Notes under the pieces: model-generated
What the model was told of the DNA's origin: nothing
Databases searched by the model: none
The model's input: only the letters and a program-made list of their open reading frames with translations
Source: Emiliania huxleyi CCMP1516
Lineage: Eukaryota
Length of the DNA stretch: 64,000 bases
NCBI RefSeq assembly: GCF_000372725.1
Contig: NW_005201792.1
Span: 41,452 to 105,451, forward strand
Direction of reading: 5' to 3'
Position numbers and translations under genes: made by a program
In this document: piece after piece, positions 12,183 to 22,539 of the stretch
Layout of the letters: every line of letters starts with the position of its first letter
Position numbering within the stretch: position 1 is the stretch's first letter

Positions 12183-12629
12183 CTAATCGTCCTTCCAATG
12201 ATCCTGCTCGTGCAGGTGGGGACCCTGTCCTTCTCCTATACCTATTCCTCGTTTGGCGTGCCCGTTTTATTTATTTATTTAATCGCATTCGTGCTCCAAG
12301 TCCCAAGTGCCGCCAGCGCACTGGCACTAACACAAACGCTCTCTTTTATGTCCCACCATGCAGAGCGCATCTCTCTCTCTGTTGTGCGAGGCGTGAAGCG
12401 CGCCATTCGCTCTCACCTGGCAACCCTGTCTGCACGTCTCGCGCGCGCGTGAACAGGGCTCCAGCCTCCAGGCCCCACAAATGACGTGTGAGTGTTAGTT
12501 AGAGTTGTTTGGTATTGCTAAAAGTCTCTCTCTCTCTCTCTCTAACACATAAATAAATAAATAAAAACGGACACCTCTCTACTGTGAGGTGGGTAAAAAA
12601 GAACAGGTCCCCCCCCTTGCGATCTTTGT

Positions 12630-14447
12630 TCGGTCCAGAGGGCCGGGTAGGAGGGGTCTAGGTTACCTCTACCTCTGAGGGCCTGCGGCCCTCTTACCTT
12701 TACCTCTTGGGCAGCCGTGGGCCCTTTACCTCTACCTCTGAAGTAGCCGTGATTTACCTGTGCGTGATCTCGAGTGGGGGATCTCGAGTGATCTCGAGTG
12801 ATCTCGATGTGATCTCGATACTAAGTTAACGATAGAGCATCTGCGATTTTCACTCGCCGCCGGCGTACGATAGAGCATCTGCGATTTTCACTCGCCGGCT
12901 CGTGGAGAAGGAAAAATAAAATGCGCAGACGCACGAGTATTTCTGAGATCAGCTTCGGCGAGTGGCAGACATTTCAAAAAATGGGCGCCGCCAGGCGCCC
13001 CGCGCTGCGTGCCCACCATGCTCCATGGCGGTTGGGCGCGCAGCGAGGAAAATTTTGGATCTCGACAGGTGTGTGTTCTTCTTGCTTGGGCGGACCTGAT
13101 GCCGGGGTAGGTAGGGTAGTTCTGGGCCCTCCCGTCGGGGTTTTCCCTCTCTTCAAGCTGGAATTTTCCCAGCAAAAAAAGAAAATTTCCGCGGAAATCA
13201 CGATGTCAACCCTCCCCAAATGGGTGATCTGATGCTTGTAGGGCTTGAGAGTGGCCTGCCATGTCACAAGAAGGACTGTGGTTGCAGGAGAGTACCACCA
13301 ACCACCACTCTAGTTGGTATAGTACCCCACCTTCACCCAGCCCGTGATTTCTTTTTTTAGTTTCCCATAAGTAAGTAAGGTAGGTAGGTAGGTAGGTAGG
13401 GGCAGGGAAGAGGCCGGCCGGGGTTTTCCAGAATTTCAGCATCAGGTCCGCCCAAGCAAGAAGAACACACACCTGATCTCGACAGCGTTTTCTAGAAATA
13501 AATGGTCTCTCCTCGGCGCCATCCGCTCTTCGGCGCACTGGCACTGCGGAGTTCGCAGCCTGACATGCTGCCTTCCCTTCTACACTTTCAAACACAACGC
13601 AGGGCTCAGCTGTCAGTGCCCAGACCAAGTCGATTTGTACCAAAGTTGGTAGACAGTGCCAAAAAACGAGAAACCCTTCGGGTCGCTCCTCATCGCAAAC
13701 CCTGTCAGCAGAGTCCTCCTACGGGAATGTACGTAAGAGCCACATACACTGAGAGAGAGAGACCTCTCTCTTTTCTCCCAGTAAGCTAAAAATACATAAA
13801 TTGAAAAACCACAAAATCGAAATGGCTCTTAAACCACGCACCTGGTGTCCGCACTGCCGCATGGTGCGAGCCGCCACTCATAAGAAGGTCTCCGCTGCGA
13901 TGCTTCTGCTGTCTGCGTCAATGCAGCAACCCATCGAGCGCGTCACTATGACCTGACCCCTCTGATAACCGACGCCGCAAACGGCAAGCCTGCGTCCGTG
14001 TTGCATATGCTCTCCAGTCATGTTCGCATTGCGGTGGATGCCAATTCGAGCCACTCGAGCAATCATGCACAATCAATGCGCCGAAGAGCTGAGACGCAGA
14101 TTCTTTGCACCGGGTCAGCAGGCAGGCAGTGCAAGGTCAAGTGGTCGCGGCACTGGTCATTCGCGATGCGGTAGGCGATGCGATCAGCCGCCGGCAAGCG
14201 GCGGTGAAGCCTGGTCCATGGCCGGGCAGGCGCGCCGCAGGCGAAGCGCTCTCGCGGGGCCTTCGCGGGGCCTTGCGTGCGCGTCCGGGGGAGCCCTCAG
14301 CAGGGCACGTTCACGCGTACGTTTACCTCCCCTCACGCACGTGGGCTCCGTTTACCTCTACCTCCGGCGGTCTGAGACAGGTTTACCTTTACCTGAGGAC
14401 CCCCACGCCAGCCCTACCTCTACCTGCGCCCCCGCCCTCCGGGCCGA
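12630..14447. mobile_element. 1.8-kb non-autonomous TIR DNA transposon with 6-bp TSD
   Basis: TSD CTTTGT at 12624-12629 and 14448-14453. TIR TCGGTCCAGAGGGCCGGG / CCCGCCCTCCGGGCCGA. Subterminal TTACCTCTACCT repeats. A related uninterrupted site lies at 43955-44040 (reverse complement). Confidence 0.85.
13066..13475. mobile_element. 410-bp MITE nested in the 1.8-kb element
   Basis: Perfect 37-bp TIR CAGGTGTGTGTTCTTCTTGCTTGGGCGGACCTGATGC; 7-bp TSD ATCTCGA. Confidence 0.9.
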
Positions 14448-14964
14448 CTTTGTGCAGGGTTCTTTTTGTGTGGGCAGGACACTAAGTAACCCGACACGGG
14501 GCTTACTTCGCTTTTACACCACACGGGCGGGCCGATTTCCCGCGGCGCGCGGGATTCGCTCTTTGGCGGGCGATTCGTCCCGCTTCTCGCTCTTTTTTAT
14601 GTTTACGCATTACGGCAAGGGGAAGCCGCACAAAAGGAAACGGGGGTGGGTAGCTCTATGTACAGCACTGATAGTGTTCGACCAACACGAGGAACGAGCG
14701 CCAACGACAGGCTCGCGAGCGCTCTCAAGGGGCTGGGGAGGATGGAGTGAGGGCGGAGAGCTCAACCGGACCGCGACAGAGCGTGAGGAGGCGTGGTGGG
14801 CGCGTGGCGTGACGTGGGGCATGCTCCAGAGCAGAATGCGGCGGCGGGCTGGGCGGGAGCGGCGCGAGCAGACCTGCGCGGAGTCGGGCACCCTCCCCGC
14901 GGAGGCGCCACGGCGGGCATTGCGCAAATGCGCTGGCGACATGAGCGCCGCCGTCAACCATCCC

Positions 14965-15428
14965 TCAGAAGGCGACGTACGACTTCTTGCTGTAGCCGAG
15001 CTTGTCGAGGTTGGCTATGCACGCAAACTTGATCATGGGCGGCGGGCCGCACCTGCAGGGGTGTCGCGGACGTGTCCTTGAACTGTCTGCCGCCTCTCGG
15101 CTAGCCTCGGCTAGTCTCGGCTAGTCTCGGCTAGTCTCGGCTAGTCTCGGCTAGTCTCTCTCGCATGAGGACGAGTGTGTCGTCGGCGGGAGGGGGCAGG
15201 TGCTCCGAGATCATCTCCTCGGTGATGAAGCCAGACGAGAACTTCCAGCCGGCGGGCGGCCGGTCGAGCGTGTAGTGCACCTGGGCAGGTCAGCCGAGGT
15301 CAGCCGAGGTCAGCCGAGGTCAGCGGAGGTCAGCCGAGGTCAGCCGAGGTCAGCCGAGGTTGCGTGTGCGTGTGCGTGTGCGTGTTGCGCATTCGTGTGT
15401 GTGCGTGTGTGCGTGCGGCGGCGGCGCC

Positions 15429-15498
<70 letters not shown>

Positions 15499-16675
15499 TG
15501 GGCGGCGGTCGGCGGCGTGAGGTGCGAGCCTTGAGGCGCGAGGCGTGCTTCGCGGCGAGCTCGTCGAGCATGTCGCGGACGAGGATGTCGGACTCTGTCT
15601 GGTTGGCGTACAGCAGCGAGATCTGAGTCTTGTCTGACGGGTCTTTGAGGATGGCCGCCATGACCTGCGGCGGCGGCGGCGCGGCTGGGCGTGGAGAGCA
15701 GCTGGGTGTCGTCGCGGCGTCGCGGGGAAGGGCGGGAGGAGGGGAGACAGGAGGAGGAGGAGGAGGGTAGGAGAAGGGGTGTGGGGGAGGAGAGGAGAGG
15801 GGATAGGAGGAGGAGCGGGTTGGGGGCCGTCGCCTGCAGCATGGGCGTGATGCCGGTCCCGCCCGCCATCATCCCCAGCCGCTTGCAGGCCAGCTCCTTG
15901 CTGCCGCTCTTGAACCGGCCGGCCCCGAGGTACTCGTGCATCCCGATCGGCCCTTGGATGTCCATCGTGTCGCCGACCTTGAGCGAGTCCATGTACTGCG
16001 GGCGGGCGAGAGCCGGGCCTCGGGCGGGTCGGGCTGGGGCAAGGCTGGGGAGGGGAGCGGCGCGCGGCAGTGCGCGGCGGCGAGGTTGGTTCCAGTAACG
16101 CTGTAAATTGCGCGTCTTCTGAACCATCAGCACCGAGGGAGCGCGTCCGGACGGTGTGTGTCGAGGAATCGCAGCCCTCTCGCGGGCGCGGGAGCGGGCC
16201 GCGAGAGCGGCAGAAGCTTATCGGAAGTGTCACGCGCCTGTGACATCTTGCCGCCGTCCGGGAAGCGGTCGATCACGCCGCCCTTGTACACCTTGATCAC
16301 CAGGTCGACGTACCCCACCTCGTCGTCCGACGTCGTCGGCGTGTACTTGCGCTCGATCTCCTTCTCCCCGTCCTCGGGGTCGTCGCGGCCGTTCCACTGG
16401 CCGTCGACGACTCCCTTTGGCGCGGGCGCAAAGAGTTTGAAGTGCTTGCCGACGGGTAGGCCGAGCACCGGGGTCGCGTCCGGGAGCACAAAGCGGAACC
16501 GCACCGTGTCGTGCGAGATGTTGGTGCGCTCGCCGAGCGTGACCGTCTGCCGCGACTTGTTGAGGAACTTGGCGCCCCGAGGCTTGCCGCCGCCGCCGCC
16601 GCGCATCGAGACGAGGAAGACAATGGAGAGGATAACGATGACCGCGGCCACGAGGACCGCAGGCTCCATGTCCAT
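14965..16675 (-). CDS. NADH-cytochrome b5 reductase (5 exons)
   Basis: N-terminal TM anchor; SHDTVRFRF, LGLPVGKH, RKYTP, FPDGGKMSQ, MMAGGTGITPMLQ, LLYANQTESDIL, MCGPPPMIKFAC. GC-AG introns. Confidence 0.95.
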
Positions 16676-17276
16676 AGCAGCGAAGCCTTCCGAGACGGAG
16701 CCGCGCAAAAAGAAATTACGATGGCGCGGCTTGGTTGGTTGGTTGGCCCCCACTCTAGGTTGGTTGGTCCCGACTTCGCGCACTCACATCAAAATGGGTC
16801 AAAATGTGGGCTATTTCACGCCTCTTCACACTTCAGGCTCCCAGATCCATCCTATCACCACTGTCCATCCTGAAATTGCGTCAGGAGGGTCACAGTGGCC
16901 TGTAGACGCGCTGGGTTGCCAGGGGAACGAAGGATTCCCCCGTTACGACCTTGCGTGTTGAATCGACGCGGAGCGAAGAAGTTTTTTTGACCCGTGGGCA
17001 CCCCTCTCTGGACTCTGGCAGGAGGACCCTGGCCGGCCCAGGAAGGAGGTTGGTTGGCTGGTCCCGCACTTCTTCGCGCACTCTGCCGTGCCGCCCGGAA
17101 ACAGTTGGTTGGTTGGTGGGGTCCTTTGCGCAGTGTGCGGTGAAATGGGCTGGCAGCTTTTGGTAATTGATACCCCCCCCCCCCCCCCCCGGGGAAGGTG
17201 CGCTGTGGCCTGTGGGTGCGCGCTTCATATAGAGCTCCCCGGCCCTGGGTGTGAGTTGCCACAAAATACACAACAA

Positions 17277-17523
17277 TCAAGCAGTCAATGCCATACGAAC
17301 TGCTGCTGTCCCGCTGCTGCCACGCGCCTGCTGCCCCCCCTCGCGGCACATACGCAAACACGCGGCGGCGTACCGCGAAGGGCCGGCGCGCATGTGCTGC
17401 ACGTGCGCCGAGCCCTCAAAGCGGAGCGCGTAGACGGGGCCGTCCTCCTCCTCGTCCTCGGGCTCGCTCTCGCTCCCGCTCTCGCTCCCGCTCTCGCTCC
17501 CGCTCTCGCCCTCGTCCGCCACC

Positions 17524-17606
<83 letters not shown>

Positions 17607-18806
17607 GCCGCCGCCATCCGCGCTTTCCCCCGCCTCGAGGCCTCGGAGCAGCGCCGCAGTGCGCTTCTCGCCGAGCCTCTCGGCGACCTGCAGCGGCGTC
17701 CGGCCGGCGCCGTTCCGCGCGGCAACGCTGGCGCCCGCGCCTTGCAGCGGCCCAAGCAGCCCGAGCGAGCCGTGCCTAGAGTTTGGACCCGCGGGTATGG
17801 ACAGAGCATCGTGCATCGCACGCCTGCGTCTCGCGGAAGGCAAGGGCTGCGAGTACAAAGAGCACGGAGCATGCTACGCGTCGTCTCGAGCGCATGCCCG
17901 GGGATAGGGAGGGGGGGCCCGCATCTAGCAGCCGCGCGTAGCCGCGACGTGCAGCGGTGTGTTGCCGAGCCCGTCCGCCTCGGCCGCGCTTGCGCCCGCG
18001 GCGAGCGCGGCGGCGGCGGCGGCGGCGGATCCCTCGCGGCAGGCCTCGAGCAGCAGCGACTGCGCGTCCTCCGCCGTCGCCACCGGGAAGGGAGGCAGGA
18101 GGGGGCCCGCCGCCGGCGCCGGCGCGCAGGCCGCGCGACGCGCCTCGAGGAGCGACTCCAGCTCCGCCGCACGGCACGCCCGGTCCGCGCGCGAGTAGAT
18201 GTAGAGGGAGGCGCAGCCGGCCGCCACCGCGCCGCGCCGCCAGTGCGTCTCGAAGTGGCGGCGGCGGGACGAGAAGGGCGAGAGGAGGGCGAGGCAGAGC
18301 AGCTCTAGCACGAGCAGCAGCTGCAGCAATAGCCAGCGTGCGCACGCGGGCCGCGCCGTCACGGCGGCGGCGCCAAACAGCGGGCGGCACGGCGCGGAGT
18401 CAAAGATCTCGGCTCGGACGCGGCGGCGGAGGAGGCGGAGCAGGGCCGCGTCGGAGGCGGAGCCGTCAAAGCAGCCGTCGCCGACGGCAAAGCTGGCGTC
18501 GCGGAGGGCCTCCCACACCAGGGCGCCGCCGCCGCTGAAGACGTGGACGACGAGCGGCGTGCAGGGAGGGAGAGAGGCTAGGAGAGCCGCCGCAGCTCGG
18601 AGCATCGCGAGCCCCGTCGCGAGAAGCCGTGGTGTCCGCATGGTGTCCAGCATGCTGGCGGTGGCGCGCACGGTGCAGGCCCCACCGTCGTGGTACAACA
18701 TCGAATACTCTTTCAGCTGCGAGTGAGTGGCGCCGAGCCAGCCGAAGAGCATCACCACGGCCGACGGAGCGGAGGAGTCGCAACGAGTGACTCGCACATC
18801 GCACAT
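17277..18806 (-). CDS. DUF829/TMEM53-like alpha/beta-hydrolase-fold protein with inserted ankyrin repeats
   Basis: VVMLFGWLGA, HVFSGGG, IFDSAP, LYIYSRAD and FEGSAHVQHMR motifs; ankyrin GNTPLHVAA and GRTPLQVA; intron 17776-17937. Confidence 0.8.
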
Positions 18807-18939
18807 CTTTTGCTGCCTGCCGCAGCTGCAGCAGCAGCAAGCAGCTCTGCTACGGCCGCCGGGGCTGAACTACGTTAGCGTTTTATTTCTCAACTAGTGT
18901 GGGACCTGCGGCGGTACCCGTCTCTGTTGTTCGGGCAGT

Positions 18940-20030
18940 GAGTCAGTCACGTCAGTCAAAGCAGTCGTGGCACGTGGAGCAGTCGCTGCATGCAACGGCG
19001 CCGCCACACGCTCCGGACGACCCCGACAACCGACACACCACGCACAATGGGAGGCTATCGCGCACGATCGGGCATCGCGCCGCAAACAACTCGCCGCACA
19101 GATGGGGGGGGAGGCAGAATCCCACACACACCGGAGCAGCACAGACACCTTACACGTCAGCGCTCGCTCGATGTGGCCGGCGCTCTCCCCTCTTCTATCG
19201 CCTTTTCAACGGCGGCGTGCGGCCACGCGCCGCGCCGAGCCGGTCTCGGCGGGAGACCTCGGAGCCGCACGCGATGCGGGCATGCGCGATGGCTCCGTTG
19301 GCTCCGTGCCTAAGGCAGATCGATTAGGGTGTGAGCTGCGGCAGCCACCGTTTCTGTACCCGCTCGATCACGTGCAGGCCGTCGGAGGCCGCGCTGGATG
19401 GCCCAGGGCCGGCGGCGGTGAAGGCGTCCGTCGATGAAGGGATGTCGTCGAGGGAGCCATCGTCCTACGCAAACGGTGCACCGGTCCAGTTGTCGGAGTT
19501 CGAGATCGCAGTCGACTTGGAGAGTGTGTTCGGCCCGTTGACGAACTCACGGAATGTGAGCGACTTGGTGCACGCTGGGTCGAGCATCATGACTCGCACC
19601 TCATCCTGGGCGAGGAACTCGCCCAGGGACCAGCTGTTGGCGTCGCCGTTTTGATCGAGCTGCATCCACTGCATGGTTTCGTAGTCAAGCGTAAACGCCC
19701 AGGAGTTGGTGCCTGGGTGACTTGCTGATGAGAGCGCCTTCCAGGCGGGTAGTCGTGCCCCTCACCTACGGTCATACGGCGGCGTCAGAGGGGGGGAAGG
19801 GGCGCGAAGCGTGAACATGGAGGCAAGCAGGTTGGTTTCTGCACCTGGCCAAAGCCGGCGACCTCGAAGTTGTCGTAGCTTGTGCGGGTATCGCTGAGCG
19901 TGAGAGGGACCGGATCGGCAGCAGCATGGGCGGCCGCGTCAGCGGCCGGAGAGGCCGGAGAGCCATCCGACGGAGGCCGGTCGTGCATCGGCGCGTCAGC
20001 CGCAGGGGCCGGGGGGGCGGCGGCATCCAT
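18940..20030 (-). pseudogene. Orphan gene fragment with internal stop, partly duplicated at 4727-5092
   Basis: MQWMQLDQNG...WTGAPFA*DDGSLDDIPSS has a stop where the other copy reads through. Confidence 0.45.
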
Positions 20031-20280
20031 CGCTGCGGGTCGCTGCGGGCCGACGATTGTGGACTGATCGATCGTGGCGGGCGGATTTCGGCTGGGACGT
20101 TCTACGGTTAAACCAAGAACGTCGGCGCGGACACGAGAGACTTATAAGGGTAGAAGTATGTTGGACGGATGTTGTTTCGCTGCAGAGAAGTCGGTTGAGC
20201 TCTCCGCCCGCGCAATTTCCTCTTTTTCTGTCATCACCAGGACGAGTCTCGTGGGCGCCACCCGCTCCTCCGCTGCAACC

Positions 20281-21437
20281 ATGGGCGCCGTGGCGGACGC
20301 CTTCAAGCTCCTCTTCGCGTGCGCCGGCATCTTCGCCAGCTTCTCCTACTTTGCCGTCCTGCAGGAGGACGTCTACAAGAAGGAGTACGGCGGCTCGGAC
20401 AAGGTCAAGGGCGAGAAGTTTGCCTTCACCTTCCTCGCGCTGACGGCCGAGCGCGGCATCAACGCCGCCATCGCGCTGCTGGGGATGGCGGTGCTCGGCG
20501 GCTCGGGCATCAAGATCCCGCACAAGGAGATCTTCAACTCGGGCATCTCGCAGATGCTCGCGATGGCCGCCTCGAACGAGGCGCTGCGGTACGTCTCCTT
20601 TCCGACGCAGGTGCTGGGCAAGTCGTGCAAGATGGTGCCGGTGATGGCGGGCGGCATCCTGCTGGGCGGCAAGTCGTACGACCTCGTCAAGTACCTGCAG
20701 GTCGCGCTCATCACGCTCGGCGTCACCGTCTTCAACTTTGGAGGCAAGAAGAAGGGCGGCGGCGAGGACTCGGCGTACGGCCTGTGGCTCATCGCGGCGT
20801 CGCTGGTGATGGACGCGGTGACGGGCGGGCTGCAGGACAGGGTCAAGGCGTCGACCAAGGCGCTCAACCCCTCCGACCCCAAGGCCAAGCCCACCATGCA
20901 CGAGTCCATGTTTTGGACAAACGCGTCGGGCTGCTTGGTTGCCGCGGCGCTCGGCCTAGCGACAGGTGCGCCACCACTCGGCACCATTAGCGTTTACCGC
21001 CGTACCTGCCACCACTCGCCGCCGCTCGCCGCCGCTCGCCGCCGCTTCCGCCGCCGCCCCGCCGCCGGCAGCAGCGACTGCGGAACGCCGGCCGGTGACG
21101 GGGCGGCGTGTGGGCTGCTATATGTGTGTGTGTATCTGCTAGGCCACCTGACGGAGGGGTTCGCCTTCTGCAGCCGGCACCCGGAGGTGCTGCAGGCGGT
21201 GCTCATCTACTCGCTCGCCTCCGCCGTCGGCCAGAACTTCATCTACTACACCATCACGCAGTTCGGGCCGCTGCTGCTGTCCACGGTCACGGCGTAGTTG
21301 GGAGAGAGAGAGAGGGAGAGGGAGAGAGAGCCGCGACGGCCACGGAGTAGGCGGGAGAGAGCCGAGGCGGGAGAGAGCCGAGGCGTGGTCGAGGTCGAGA
21401 GCGGCGAGAGAGCAGAGAGAGAGAGAGGGGGGGAGGG

Positions 21438-21472
<35 letters not shown>

Positions 21473-21474
21473 GT

Positions 21475-21507
<33 letters not shown>

Positions 21508-22185
21508 ACACACACAGCCGAGACATGGCCTTCGAGCGAGCCTCGCCCTCTCTCTTCCAGGTCACGACGACGCGCAAGATCTTCTCGACCGTCTACTCGG
21601 TGCTGCGAGAGACAGCCGAGATGCAGTCGAGATGCAGCCGAGATGCAGCCGAGATGCAGCCGCGACAGCTGGTCGGGAGGATCGCCGCGCGCTGCTGTGC
21701 GATCTCTCGGACCGGAGACGCGTCCACGCGACGTCCGCGACACATTCGCACCCCGCCAGTCCCTCCTTCCTGTTTGACGAGTCGCACCCCTCCCACCCCA
21801 GGTGCTGCGCAATCCGTCCAACTCGCTCGACGAGATGCAGTGGGTTGGCTGCTACCCTCGCCCTCCCCGCCCTCCCCGGACCCTTCTCGGACCCGTCCTC
21901 GGACCCTCCCTGCAGGCCGGCTGCACCCTCGTCTTCGTGGGTCTTGCCGTCGAGCTGCTCGAGAAGGCGCCTCCCGCCTCCCTCCTCCCTTGGCGCCTCT
22001 CCCTCTCTCTCTCTCTTCTCCGTCTCGCCTCTCCTCGCTTGCCGCCTCTCCCCTCCCTTGCCGCCTCCCTCTCTCTCTCTCCTCTCGGCCCGCCGCTGCG
22101 AATGCGACCCACTCTCCGGTCTCCGCCCCCGTCGCCACAGGCGCTCCCCTCCAAGAAGCCGGCCAAGGACCCGAAGAAGCTCTGA
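20281..22185 (+). CDS. UDP-galactose/nucleotide-sugar transporter (SLC35B1/UAA family)
   Basis: ALRYVSFPTQVLGKSCKMVPVM, MDAVTGGLQD, SAVGQNFIYYTITQFGPL, VTTTRKIFS and a Lys-rich C-terminus. Introns near 20966-21142, 21286-21560, 21600-21801, 21844-21915, 21967-22140. Confidence 0.95.
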
Positions 22186-22539
22186 GACGGCGGAAAGAGG
22201 CGGCCTCGGGAGAGGAGGGCGCCGGTCGCGCCCGCTCGCTCTGCCCGCCACCGCTTCGCGCAACGCCAGACCTCGCTCAGAACCGCATGCCCGCTGCCTC
22301 CTCACACCCGGCCTCTCGAGACATCCGGCGAGGCTGCACATGCGCGCCGCCTCCTTCCGATGGCCTTAACGGTCGAGTGTGTGCAAGTATTAGTGGTCCG
22401 CAGAGTGGGCCGCCCTCGGATTCTTTAAGTTTTCGGTACGAACACGAACAGGGACGGACGCGCGGGACGGGGACGGTGCACAATATATATCTTGTATATG
22501 TATGAAAGAAAGAAAGAAAGAAAACGCACGCAGCGGCCC

